Below, piece after piece: positions 39,945 to 52,911 of a stretch of 64,000 bases of DNA. The translations under genes and the position numbers were made by a program. Positions within the stretch are counted from its first letter, which is position 1. The number at the start of each line of letters is the position of its first letter. The notes under the pieces were generated by a model that worked only from the letters and a program-made list of their open reading frames with translations, searched no databases and was not told the DNA's origin. The stretch comes from Octopus bimaculoides (Eukaryota), in assembly GCF_001194135.2 (NCBI RefSeq), contig NC_068986.1, positions 110,806,184 to 110,870,183 on the forward strand, given 5' to 3'.

Positions 39945-40135
39945 AGCGTCAATCTGGCAGAAATGCTTAGCGTTAATTCGTCAGTTGTTACGATCTGAGT
40001 TCCAATTCCACCGATGTTGACTTTGCTTTCATTCTTTCGGATGGCTGAAATAACTACCAGTTATGTAGAGAGGGTCGATGTAATCGACAAGCCGCCATCC
40101 ACCTAATTTCATGCTTTTGCCGTGACTAGAAAGGA
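39945..40135 (+). mobile_element. SINE family M, decayed
   Basis: ctggcagaaatgcttagcg, ctgagttccaattcc and gttgactttgc, with an (ATT)n tail. Confidence 0.7.
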
Positions 40136-40189
40136 ATGTTATTATTATTATTATTATTTCACATAAACTCAACAAATTAAGACTTTCGG

Positions 40190-40643
40190 AAAAGAAAAAA
40201 ATTCCTAACATCGGTCTACAACAAGTAACCTTAGATGCCAAGAACCCTCCTAAGTATCCTAGCTGTCCCTAATAACACTGTTTTTTGCAGCTGCACTAAA
40301 ATGGGTTTTATGCCTATTTCCTCTATCCATCTGTTCAGATCTTTAGGGATAATTCCCAGTGCACCTATAACCACTGAGATACATTTTACCCGCACTTTTC
40401 AAAGTCTCGGTAGTTCAATGGCTAGGCCCTGGTACTTTAATATTTTTTCTATAGCTCTCACATTGATGTTTTCATCATTTAGGACTGTAAAGTCAATTAT
40501 CTGGCACGTTCCATTCTCTTTATCTACTACTAATAAACCAAGCCTTCTAGCTTCTATTGCTCTGTCAGTCTGAATGGCGAAGTCCCACAACATCTTATAT
40601 TTCTTACTTTCTACTACCTTACTAGGTTCATTTTCATACCATT
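40190..40643 (-). mobile_element. R4/Dong-like RLE domain (family D)
   Basis: WYENEPSKVVE..KMLWDFAIQTDRAIEARR..CQIIDFTV..KYQGLAIEL..VVIGALG..LQKTVLLGTARILRRVL. Confidence 0.88.
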
Positions 40644-40644
40644 A

Positions 40645-40775
40645 TGATTATTATTCAGTAGTTTTATTTTTATCATTTACTTGCACTGCATTACCGAGCG
40701 CAGCTCTGTGTGCCTTGGGAATGTGCTGTGGTTTGTTGGGATGCTCTTATTTTTACTGTATTGTAAGTGTTTTAT
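40645..40775 (-). mobile_element. R4/Dong-like family A 3' UTR fragment
   Basis: attcagtagttttattttta..accgagcgcagctctgtgtgccttgg matches 2013-2080. Confidence 0.8.
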
Positions 40776-40859
40776 GTTATCATTAATATTATTATTATCC
40801 TTCGACCTTCTGGCAAATAAAATAAATCATTACTATAATAATTTTTTTTTTATTCAATC

Positions 40860-41050
40860 GGTGATCCGGCAGAATCGTAAAGACGGACGTAATGCTTAGC
40901 GGCATTTTGTCCGTCGTTACGTTTTGAATTCCAATTCCTTCGACTTTACTTTTCTTCCTTTCAGGGTCAATAAATAAGTACCAGTAGGAACCCTGTAATC
41001 TGCCTACCCGTCCCCTCGAAATTGTTGGCCTCGTGCCAAAGTTTGAAACT
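40860..41050 (+). mobile_element. SINE family M, decayed
   Basis: ggcagaatcgt, aatgcttagcggcatttt and cctttcagggtcaataaataagtaccag. Confidence 0.7.
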
Positions 41051-41319
41051 ATTACTGTTATTATTAACTTCAACATCATTATATGCCACGTGGCAGGGGT
41101 GAGAAGGAGTATGGTGGTGGTCGTCATGGTCACTGTGAGGATGTGGTGAAGAAAGAGGGGGAAGACGACGATAATGACAACGATACAAAGAAGTATGAAA
41201 ATGAAGAGTAGGAGGAAAGGGAGGTTGACGATTTCTTTATTAGTCACAAAGCTTTTGATTGAAAGGGTCAGAAATTAAAGCAATTTGAAAATTTCAGCGA
41301 TAAAAATAATATTAATTGA

Positions 41320-41630
41320 TAATTGATAATAACATTATTATCATTATTCGTCTTGTCGTTGTTATTATTATTATTATAATTATTAATATTAGTGTTATTA
41401 TTATTATAATTATTATTATTAGTGTTATTATTATTATTATAATTATTATTATTAGTGTTATTATTATTATTATAATTATTATTATTAGTGTTATTATTAT
41501 TGTTATCATTATTATTATTATTATTATTATTAGTGTTATTATTACTATTATTATTATTAGTGTTATTATTACTATTATTATTATTAGTGTTATTATTGTT
41601 GTTGCTGCTGCTGCTGCAGCGGCAGTTGTT
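41320..41630. repeat. Compound (ATT)n array punctuated by AGTGTT
   Basis: AGTGTT at 41391, 41421, 41454, 41487, 41532, 41559 and 41586. Confidence 0.9.
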
Positions 41631-42558
41631 GTTATTGTTTTCATTATTCACGGTTAAAGAAATACATTGTTGTTATCATCTTTATATTGTTATCGTTTCA
41701 TTATGTTATCATTGTTTATATTATTAGTATTGGTTTGATGAATATTATTTTTACTCTTTTTATTATCATGGCCATCGTTTCTATCTAGAATTCATCTTTT
41801 CAACGTCATGTTTGACTGAATGAATTAATCTCAATCGAAGTGTATCAATTTATGTTGTATTATTTTTAATTTGATGTTTTCATATGAAAAGTCCTTTGAA
41901 TCATTATAGCTACCTAGTTTTTGTTTTTCTTACTTTTGTTGCTGTTGTTAACCGTTGTTGTTTTTTTTTGTGGTTGTTGCTGTTGTTGTATTTTTTATTG
42001 TTGTTGTTGTTGTTGTCATTGTTGATGTTTGCCTGTCTATTTATTGCATTATCTGCAACAATGGATACGGTGTAAAGATTGCCGGAATTTCTCTGTAAAT
42101 TATTGGAAACAATAAGATGACCAGGACTTGTTCACTAGAGTGTTTCCAACGGAAAATGAACAAAGCAAGTGTGTAAATGAATGAATCAATATGTTAACAG
42201 AATTAGACAGTAAAAAGAGGGAGTAGGAGGAGGAAGTCGAATAGAAGAAGGAGGAGGAGGGGGAGAACAAAGTCTGCTAAGATAATCAGGAAGATACCAG
42301 ATAACTATTGGTCGTCTCTTTACATCGCTTTTATCTATTCAGAATCTGTGTTCGTGTCTTATCTCTGTCTACGATCATCAACGGCCCGCTTAGTGGTTTT
42401 CTAGTCAATGTCTGTCTTGACGGAATACTGTTTTGTTTTCAGTCATTGTGTATGGTATTGATAGTTCGGTTAAAAGAAAGAACATGAATACAGGTAAATT
42501 CTCTTTCCACTCTGTGTTGCACCACATGGGGCCTCCGTTGTGGTTTTCAGCAGCTAGT

Positions 42559-42601
<43 letters not shown>

Positions 42602-43394
42602 GGAAGAAAGTGAGAGAGGTGGGGTGTTGTTTCCCAGTTATGTTACAGGTGACTGCTAACCGCATCGATTAGTATTTAGCATTTATGACTACTATGAGTT
42701 GTAAATTCCTCCGAAGGGTAATTCCGTGTTCGGCTCTCTTGATGGCAATATAATCTAGAGTATATATTAATAATAATTATAGCAATATAGAATATGGAGA
42801 CTTATTTATCCTTAAGATTTATTTCCTCTTATTTTATAATTTTTCATGCAGCATATGTTTGTAGCTGTTACGACCTACACATATTTTCACTGTACAAAGT
42901 ACGGGCAGTTGTACATGCAACCGGGCCTGATTTTCTATGCTGCTTTTCCAGGGTCTGTCCATTTCGCTTGTTGGCCAGTGTGGAACTGGAATAGAATATG
43001 TATGTCTTTTTCTATGTATGTATGTTTTTATATATGTACGTATGTATGTATACGTCACATGTGTACTTTATAAATTCTTGCAGATTGTTATTTCTTGAAA
43101 TATTAAATCAGTTGACATTCCATGGAGCAATCGTGCCGCATCGTTATTTCAAGAAAATTAAGCCCCTTATTATTCTGCCTATTTCACTATTTTGTTATAG
43201 CCTCTGATGCCAAATAAATATTTTGCTTCTTGTATGACGTTAGCTAATAACTTCAAATGTCATACATATATTGATTTATAGGTTGTGGTCCAACATATGT
43301 TGTTTAGAGTAGTGAGCATTTTCGTAACAATGACTGTACCCTGTGTGAAGTAAATTCATTATGGAATCAGCAACATTAAGTTTTATATGGAGAT

Positions 43395-43610
43395 CCGCGT
43401 TGACTCGTAGTTAGAGTGTTGCATCCATGATAGCAAGATCGTGATTTCGATTCCCGGACAGCGCGATGCGCTGTGGTCTTGAAGGAACATGTCAGATAAC
43501 GTTGCTCTTCGATGACATCGACACCTGACGAGTGGTAGCTCAAATAGCGCTACAATAATCTCAATTTGATGACGGTGGGTTAGCTAGTGTAAAGCGATAA
43601 CAATTAAATA
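43395..43610 (+). mobile_element. tRNA-derived SINE, decayed
   Basis: Degenerate A-box (tgactcgtagttag) and B-box-like atttcgattccc. Confidence 0.5.
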
Positions 43611-44666
43611 GTATAAGCAAAACCTCTGTGTAGGATGTTCAGCATCAAATGGCCAACACTTGACGAAAGGAAAATCGACCGTTACGATGCCTCGAATCAG
43701 CTCGATACGACACTTGCTCACTTGGTTAAATATCCAAATCGTGTTTATGGTTAAACTTCAACAAAAAATATATTATTAGCCTAGAATTATTATTTCTTCT
43801 GAATATTGAATCTATCAGAGTATATCATTTTGGTAAGATTCTATCTTCTGCAGACCAATGCTCAGTAGCAAAACAATGCATGTAGTTTGATTGCTTTAGA
43901 CTCGTACTCCAGCCAAGGCGTTTACTAACATAAGGAAAAACCATCAATCATCTTGTGGTTAGGTAATTCCTTGAGGATTACACACATTCTACAGTATATC
44001 TTAGAAATTTCAGCTGTTCAAAGAAATGCATTAAGTGAATAATGCAAAATTATTGTAGAACTCATTTGAGTTTCTCTTTAGGAATGAAAACAATTGTGAA
44101 TTATGGAAAGATCAATGAATCCTAATGATTGGTTGCGTTCTGTTGTAGCTATGTGCCAATATTGTCAGGTAATAAGAATTCTATAAAACTATATAACAAT
44201 TCTAACAGGCAGTTAGATTAGTAGTGACAGTCACTTTGTAATTGTTTAAGGAAGCGTTTGCGTCTTGTCAGAATTACTAAACAAATATAGTTAGTCATCG
44301 TTATGTTTGGTCAAAACTGGAAGGAAATTTTCAGTGTATATATGCTGGCTCGACCATGGATGACCTCTACTAAACAGCAACAATGAAAACCAATTAGAGT
44401 ATTAAATATCAGCTACAGAAACAACAATAGTAAGAACAACAACAACATCAACCGCTGCTGCTACTACTACTAATATTACTACTACTACGAAGTTAACCGT
44501 ATGATTTACAAGAATATATGTAACTATTCCAATTCTAGTCGTACTTTAAGACAAATCCGAAACCTATCCTATAAGCAGTTTTGTGGTTGGTGCTTTTAAG
44601 GAGTGAATCTAAATGTGACACAAGCTCTTATTTATCCAAACTTAGACAATCTGCCATGGCGTACAC

Positions 44667-44710
<44 letters not shown>

Positions 44711-44814
44711 AGGGCGAAAAATTGAATATTAATTGATTAATATCAATTTAAAACATGTAGCCTAGCAAACTGAAAAGTATGAAGATGCAGAAAAATTATA
44801 TGACATACATATAA

Positions 44815-45152
44815 GAGGAACGACCACTAATTGGACATCCCTTTTGCTAAAAGAAGACAACCTAGAAAGAGAAAAGATACAAAATATAAAGAATTAATCA
44901 TAGACCGTTTTCGTTGTTACCTACTTATGTAACCACTTACGTATTTGTAGACAATTACGTGAGTGACTACATAAGTAGTTAACAACGAAAACGCTATATG
45001 ATTAATTCTTTATATTTTGTATCTTTTCATTTGTCTTGCTTTCTTACGCTCTGAAGTTTGCTGAATTTTCTTTAGAACAATCTTTTCTCAGTGGTCAGAC
45101 CGTAGTTCATCATCTTCTAGCAAAAGCGATGTCTACTTAGTGGTCATCCTTC
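44815..45152. mobile_element. Foldback element with nested inverted arms
   Basis: 78-bp inner arms 44871-44948 and 44951-45028 around a 2-nt centre, plus outer arms gaccactaattggacatcccttttgcta / tagcaaaagcgatgtctacttagtggtc. Confidence 0.85.
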
Positions 45153-45214
45153 TTGTGTGTGTGTGTGTGTTTGGTACAACGTCAGCTGTTTCAAGCGTGG
45201 AGTGAACTCGATTC

Positions 45215-45915
45215 TATGCACCCTAGTGCCAAGCCAGTGCTTATCCTATTGACACTGAAATGATGGAATACAAAATTAAACTAGACGGAATTTGACCATA
45301 GAACGTAAAGTCGTGCGAAATGCCCCGCTTAGCACTTTGGGATCTTTTTTAAAACGGGGGCCACATTTTTCATTAACGAAGCACTTTGAAACTTGGAACA
45401 CTGGTAGAATGTGTCATAAAAAACATCTTTTTCTCTTAGTCTTCTTAAAAAAAAAAGAAATCCATAAGTTATTCCATGTTAAAGTTGTCGTATTTCTGTA
45501 ATTTCAACCAATCACTGACGTCCATTCAGCCGATATACATTAAGTGCCGACTACATAAACAAACGATTCTGAAACAATTAACCTTAACCCTATGGTTAGG
45601 GTTAAAGCAAATAAAACGAAGGTATGGACATTAAATACGCTTTACACCGCTTAATCAGCCAAAGAAGTAAATGTAAACAACTGAATACTTGTCAGTGATT
45701 GGTTGAAATTATCGAAATAAAACAATTTTTTACATGAAATAAATTCGAATACAAAAATATTTTTCTGTTCTATAACACAAAATAGATAAGTATACGGAGT
45801 TTGAAAGTCTTTCCGTACCAAAAACACTACGTAAAACATTAATGAAAAATGTGGCCCCCGTTTTAAAATAGATCCGCACTTTGGCCTGCGTGCTACCGAT
45901 TCTGCCAGATTATCG
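45215..45915 (-). mobile_element. SINE family M interrupted by the Merlin-like MITE
   Basis: gacggaatttgaccatagaacgtaaag..cgcttagcactttg | gcactttggcctgcgtgctaccgattctgccag joins into a continuous family-M sequence. Confidence 0.7.
45340..45875. mobile_element. Merlin-like MITE, copy 2 (opposite orientation to copy 1)
   Basis: Near reverse complement of 13084-13651, with GGATCT...AGATCC ends and an exact 8-bp TSD gcactttg (45332-45339, 45876-45883). Confidence 0.88.
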
Positions 45916-47229
45916 TAAACCTATACTATATATTATGTAGAGCAGGCGATTCCTCACAAACGTGAAAAGGTCATAGCTCGAATGCTGTTCATTACACGTC
46001 TCCAAGATGATGTCAGAACAATGAAATTAGTACAAATTAAACAACTTGCAGCTTGCAAGTTACAGAAAATATATGTGTATAGTTGCTTAATTCGGCAATA
46101 TAAAATATTTATACAAGATCCATGGCCCATGGCTGACCGAAGTCATATCATTCCTTAAACCGGACGCCGGCCTGTTCAAGGCCAGTAATTTTTCGGGTTG
46201 GGGAGTAGTTGACTGCATCAAACCCAATGTTTGTCTGTTGGTTTATATTGTGCAACGCGATGGGGTGACAGCTAGAGGAAACCTCGGCAGGATTTGAACT
46301 CCGAAACTAAAAACTTAAATACATTTTCTGGAAGAAACACAAGATTACGTGAGCGTGGATGGCAGATTTTAACTGTTTATCTATCAATGAGTTCTGAGTT
46401 TAAATAACCACATAAGGGAATGTATAAGCTTCTTGAAAGGGTTAAATGGAAGCTAGCTTTAAAATGAGATGCGAAAACATCAAAACACTATAAATTTTAT
46501 ACAGGACACGTTGAAGATTAATATTTGTATAGCTAAAGTAGAATTAGAAAAATTCTTGCGAAGAGTAAATATAAAGCGTCAAGAATTTAATAAACAAATT
46601 AAATTTGTTAACTTTGTCTTTGGTTTTTCATTGTATTCAAACAAAACACGGATGTATGGTTTTTTTTATATTTTGTTTCAAGAAGAGGCACATCGAAAGT
46701 TTTATCAGAAATCACTGAAAAATAAACGAAGCACGTTTGTTTTCCATAACACGTATACACACACACTTACAAACACAAATACAAACATTGGTTTATAATG
46801 TCTGTGTGTATTAATTTACGTGCGTGTGTCAGGACACCAACAAGACATTTATTTAAAAGCACTTCCGTCGGAGCCACTCAAGCACTATTGTACATTATCT
46901 TACAAGTGTTTCTCATCAACTTGCTTACGAACCGTTTTGAAACAAATTTACGAGGGTAGAATGACACAGTTGTGTTGATATTGCCCTTTCAAAATATATC
47001 TTATTATATTTGTCACAAGATCAAACAAAATTAATTAAAATGACTGTAATAGTCTACAACGAAACGATGCAAGAGTAAGTCAGAAACATGTTGTTATGCT
47101 CAGATACATACAAACATACATTCATATATAAAGAAACACACGCACACACAAATATAAATATCTATATATAATTTAATGCATACATGATTTACACATGTGC
47201 TATTTGAAGTTCCATACTTGGAGCTCGGC

Positions 47230-47800
47230 AAATGCAGTATTCGGATGGAATATTTTGTATACCGTGCTCGATACGGCGATCGTTTAGGCTCATATAACAT
47301 GGCTTCTCCGCGAGCAAATACTACTTAAAGATTTACAAACATTCCAATGAACAAATGTAGTCAGAAGGGTAGCCATATTCGGAACCCGAACGACAGTAAA
47401 ATACAACAGAGCTTTAAGTGCCGGAAATTAAGAGTTCAGGTCACGGTTCAACAAGCCGAGAAAGTGCTCGTCCAGCATAACCAATGAACACACACTTTCT
47501 ATATTCTTTCTGATATCTGTATCCAAATTCTAAACTTAAGAATCGAAATGTTTACACGCTATATGCATCTCAACAATTGTCAACTATCGGACTGAAATAT
47601 GCTCCTTTTCAATGGATTATGCATTGATTCTAACAACTTTTAGCCACTCTATCATTGGTCTATCCTCTCCGATGATAACAACACCTAGTCAAAATACATA
47701 AATCCTCCAGTACTAAGATTTTATATGACTGTAAGATCAAAACCATGGTTCCATGACCGTAATTTCCTTTGAAAGTTTAACATTTTCCTCATTCCTGACC
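47230..47800 (-). mobile_element. CR1/L2-like LINE relic
   Basis: FLGLLNRDLNS..ALKALLYFTVVRV..EYG resembles LGxLxRNL..YxxLVRPxLEY. Heavily decayed. Confidence 0.4.
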
Positions 47801-48160
47801 ATGTTATTTGAGACTGAATCATTGCCAATTGTGCAGAGCACGCTGTACAAGTCGGTCGCATTACTGCATTATCTGAGCATAAATCTCAAAGCAGTTTATA
47901 TATAATTCACGTATTTATAAAAGTAGTTTTATTTTTTTGCTGATTTGGGTGCACACGTTTATGAATTTATATTATATTGGTGTTAACAATTTCCTTGTGA
48001 AAATATTTTATACTCTAAAGTTTTCATTCATTGTTCAGAATATATTGGACTGTTTCTATGCGTGATAATAGATACAAAGTGCTAGCTTATAAATATATGC
48101 AAAGTGCTAGTTCTAAAATCTTTCTAAGAAATCAACGCAGAAGTTGTATTCACAAGTAAT

Positions 48161-48349
48161 ATTCGTAGGCACTTTAACATGGCCGTCCGTTCGAGCGGAC
48201 TCTACTGCGAGTTTTTAACCCCAAGAGGACACCTCTTCTATCTGGCTAACGGTGCAGTTACATCCGATAAAATTGTGACCAGGGGAGCGAACCGCTACCA
48301 TCGCCTAGCAATAGGACCCGTAGACCACTTTCTACTTTGTCTTATTTTT

Positions 48350-48392
<43 letters not shown>

Positions 48393-48454
48393 TTATTTAT
48401 TCGTAGCCACTTTAACATGGCTTTCCGTTCGAGCGGACACTATTGCGTCATTTT
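48161..48454. repeat. Tandem ~238-bp unit (one full copy plus start of a second) running into a gap
   Basis: attcgtaggcactttaacatggccgtccgttcgagcggac at 48161 recurs as attcgtagccactttaacatggctttccgttcgagcggac at 48399. Confidence 0.8.
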
Positions 48455-49167
48455 NNNNNNNNNNNNNNNNNNNNNNNNNNNNNNNNNNNNNNNNNNNNNN
48501 NNNNNNNNNNNNNNNNNNNNNNNNNNNNNNNNNNNNNNNNNNNNNNNNNNNNNNNNNNNNNNNNNNNNNNNNNNNNNNNNNNNNNNNNNNNNNNNNNNNN
48601 NNNNNNNNNNNNNNNNNNNNNNNNNNNNNNNNNNNNNNNNNNNNNNNNNNNNNNNNNNNNNNNNNNNNNNNNNNNNNNNNNNNNNNNNNNNNNNNNNNNN
48701 NNNNNNNNNNNNNNNNNNNNNNNNNNNNNNNNNNNNNNNNNNNNNNNNNNNNNNNNNNNNNNNNNNNNNNNNNNNNNNNNNNNNNNNNNNNNNNNNNNNN
48801 NNNNNNNNNNNNNNNNNNNNNNNNNNNNNNNNNNNNNNNNNNNNNNNNNNNNNNNNNNNNNNNNNNNNNNNNNNNNNNNNNNNNNNNNNNNNNNNNNNNN
48901 NNNNNNNNNNNNNNNNNNNNNNNNNNNNNNNNNNNNNNNNNNNNNNNNNNNNNNNNNNNNNNNNNNNNNNNNNNNNNNNNNNNNNNNNNNNNNNNNNNNN
49001 NNNNNNNNNNNNNNNNNNNNNNNNNNNNNNNNNNNNNNNNNNNNNNNNNNNNNNNNNNNNNNNNNNNNNNNNNNNNNNNNNNNNNNNNNNNNNNNNNNNN
49101 NNNNNNNNNNNNNNNNNNNNNNNNNNNNNNNNNNNNNNNNNNNNNNNNNNNNNNNNNNNNNNNNNNN
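48455..49167. other. Assembly gap (N)
   Basis: N run. Confidence 0.99.
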
Positions 49168-50499
49168 TATATATATAATTTTCTATTTATTTATGTGTGT
49201 GTGTAAATGTCCCCCTGTGTCGGTGTGTGTATCTATATATGCATATACAAACACATATGCATGCATACTCAGATATATTGACAAGCACACGTTGTTATAC
49301 TGGTAAGTTACATGTTGCCAAAATGTTCGACTGTTTTTTAACCTTGCTCTATATGTGTGCTTGAGGTTACACAGATCACTGGCGACACAGTCAAACTTAT
49401 TTCTTGTACATGCTTGAAAGGATTGTAGTCATGACATATATACGGCAAATACCTTTATAGATAGATGGACAGACAGGTTGCTTCATAGACACACAGAAAG
49501 ATACGTATGCGATTGTACTTTTATGTTCGTATGTATGTATGTATGTATGTATGTATAAGTGGATAGACACGCAGCTAAATTACATTCAGACAAGTGATAT
49601 AAAAGAATTATATTTGCATGAGCAATGCACTTTAGCCTAAAGTACTATCTATCCTCTCTCCGTAGACGCAAACGTTGCTGTTATTACTGGATAAATATAT
49701 TCATGGCACCGAGACATCCAAAGCAACGTCAGCTCCGTTGGTTTGCGTTACAATTACAAATCATTACACAGTTACCGACGTTTTCTTTCTTCCTATTTTT
49801 TCTGCACGCTTACAACCATTTTTTTTTGGTTAAATACGATTTTTAAGTTCTTTCCTTTTTTATTTTTATTTTGTACATTTGTAGAAGATTATTCTTCAGT
49901 TGTAAGTTTGTAATCGTTATTTTTGTTCGTACTATCGTTATAATCGTCGCGATTTTTCTCCATGCAGTTACTAATTATGATGTTACTAATTATAGAAGCA
50001 TTATTTTCTTCTCAGTTTATTCATGTTGTATACATTTTGAGGGTTGTTTCTATGCGGAAGTTGTGATATGCAAGGAATCGTAACCAGATATACACATTAT
50101 CGATTCCCGGAAAAAATAACTAAGCTACAAATTAGATAATTTAACGATGAATAGATAAATAATGGGATATTCCAGGTCGGGACATTTTATTCATACCTGT
50201 GCTCGGTCAGTTTAAATACGGCTAAATAACAGCAGCAACCGATCAACAATGGGACGCATTTTATTCGGCTGACTCTTTAGATCGAAGGCCTATTTAAAAG
50301 TGTTTCACTTCAGGCTAAATAAGACAATATGCTAATGTCTCATTAATGGGATCATACACGTTATGAACCAAAGATAAGTAATAATCCATTACAAAGTTGT
50401 TTTTTGCTAGAGTATGTTTCTGGATGGCTTCTTTTAAGCAAAATACTGGTCAAGAGTTTTCTAACATAGCTTCGGTTCAGGCAAAGACTAATAGCTTAG

Positions 50500-52885
50500 A
50501 TGACTTGGCAGAGCAAAAAAGAAAACATCACAGAAACAAAAAAAAACTTAAACAAGGCAGCGGGTATTGTTGTAGCAGAAAGTGTGGGTGCTGATGTCAA
50601 GAAATATAAATATAATGGAAGTTACAAAAGAAAAGATTCATGGTGGAAAAGAAGAATACAGGCGGGGTGAGATATGCTCACGAAGGACATTTCTGCGTTA
50701 GACCGAAAAGAGAAGGGGAAGCTTAAAAGCGAACAAAAATCCAGGAAGTATAATATTGAAAAAAAAAAAGGGCCGGAAATTTGTGCCTCGTTGCAAAGAA
50801 TGCAAAGATGGAAACATACGAGCAAACAATGAAGGGTTACCAACAGAATCTATTATTCAGCGTCGATCAGAAGAGATTCTATAAAGAAATAAATGGAGAA
50901 TGTAGAGATGTAAAGTTTATACCTGATAACAAGAGGTTTGGGAGTAACATGTGGAGCAAAGACATGGAGCACAGGAATGATGCTGAATGGCTGGAAGAAC
51001 TGAAACAAGCAGAAGTCTTTCCAAAACAAGCGGAACTAGTCATTTCAGTTAGGGCAGTGAATGAAATCAACAACAAAATTGGCAAAGGGGATGTCCCGCA
51101 ACCAGATGGAGTTCAGGGCAACTGGATCAAAAGATTTGGTATATGTCAGGCACGAATAGCTACACAGCTGAACACCTTATTAAATGCCAATCAAGTAGCA
51201 CCAGAATGGTTGATAATGCACAGGACAGCGCTGTGCTTCAAAAACATCGAAGAGGGCAATACGGTTAACAATATCTGCAAAAAATGGACTCCTGCCACAT
51301 GAGAAGAAGTGGAGCAAGCATAAGTGCAGAGGTACCAAGGATCAACTCCTGATAGAAAAAAAAACTGTACTTGGAGACTGCAAGATGATCGATTATCGTA
51401 AGGCGTACGATGTGATCGCACATTCTTGGATTTTGGAATGTGTGAACATATTTGGTATTGCATCGAATGTTGAGCAGTTGCTTGGAAAAAGTATGGTGAA
51501 GTGGAGGACGGAACTGACAGCATATGGAAGATGTTTAGGGTCAGTAGAAATCAGGACAGGCATCTTGCAGAAAGAGACGCCTGTCCCTATTGAATTTTCT
51601 ACTATGCATGATACCACTAAGATTGATTCTGAGGAAAGCAATGGCTGGGTATGTATTCAAAAGACAACCACTTGTTATTCATGAATGACCTCAAACTTTA
51701 TGGAAAAAATTAATCCCAAGTCAGTTCCCTGGTTCATCGGGTGTATAATTTTAATGCCGATATCAAAATGGAGTTTGGAATGAAAAAGTGTGGTGCGTTA
51801 GTTTTGAAGAGAAGCAAATCAACTATATGAACAGGATAGCGATAGCATCGAGGGAGATTATGAAGCAGATAGAAGAGACGGGTTATAAGTAATTGGGGAT
51901 ATTGGAAATTGCTAATTCGATGGAGAAAGAAATGACAGAAAAATTTAAGGTGGAGTACTTGCGCAGACTGAGAGTGATACGTAAGTCGAAATTAAATGAA
52001 CGGAATAATGTTGAACTATCAACCCCAGGGCGGTTTCACTCCTTAGATATGAAGCAAGCGAAATCGCATGGCCAGTAGACGAATTAAACACCTTAGACAG
52101 AAAGACAAGGAAGTTGCTGATTCGATATGGGATACTTGAAGGTACGACAAACAAAGCGAAAAGACGACTGTGGATGACTACAAGTGATTTGAATCCGGAA
52201 ACGGAGACTCTAATTTGAGTTGCCCAGTTGCAAGTACTAAGAATGAAATACATGAAATACAGAATGGTGAAACTGCATGGCATTTTACCAGCCAGTGTAC
52301 GCGCTACTATCCCAGAAAGAAAATAAGAGACGTCATAACAATATAGCAAGGATTGGACTTTGCAACAAGTTTTGATTTGACAGAGCAAAATAGTGGTTCG
52401 AATATAAACTCGAAGGCATCATCGAAAATGATATTGCAAAGATTCAATGTGATTTTAGGATTCGATGCGATCATGCGATTGAGATTAGGAAGCCAGGCAT
52501 AGTGTTCATTGAGAAAGAAAGCAAACGATGCTAGATCATAGATATAGCATGCCCAGCTGAGAACAAGTTATGCGATAAAGAAGAAAGAAAAGTCGAGAGA
52601 TACGACAGGTTAGCTTGCTAGGTTAATCAGTTTTGGACACAGAAAAGGTGGTAGTATTATAAGTAATTTTCGGAGCCCCGTGAAAATTGAGGAAAAATTT
52701 TGAGAAGTACATGGAACAAATAAAGGTTGCAATAAGGGCGTAGCACTTGCAGAAAATAGCACTGCTTGGAACCGCTCTAATACCCCGGATGATGCTCGAA
52801 AAATAAGGTGTTACCTTAGTTCACTGGTAGTGAACAGCTGGCACCATAGTACAACTCAAGCATTAGAAGCTGTGCGAGGACGGTA
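50500..52885 (+). mobile_element. Longest R4/Dong-like family B copy (RT, knuckle region, RLE), pseudogenised
   Basis: WWKRRIQ, YQQNLLFSVDQKRFYKEING, PQPDGVQGNWIK, IDYRKAYDVIAHSWILEC, FMNDLKLYG (51678-51704), an RLE IIDIACP and the family-B 3' UTR, then a (CAA)/(TAA) tail. Many stops and frameshifts. Confidence 0.92.
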
Positions 52886-52911
52886 AACAACAACAACAAC
52901 AATAATAATAA

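Noticed and set aside
41268-41727. Asn-, Ile- or Leu-rich ORFs
   Set aside because: Translations of the (ATT)n array; the same applies to the YI/HT/CV-repeat ORFs throughout the window.
42850-42994. FN3-like peptide LHIFSLYKVRAVVHATGP
   Set aside because: The similarity is short, the frame ends in a stop without a good donor, and it conflicts with the alternative micro-exon reading.
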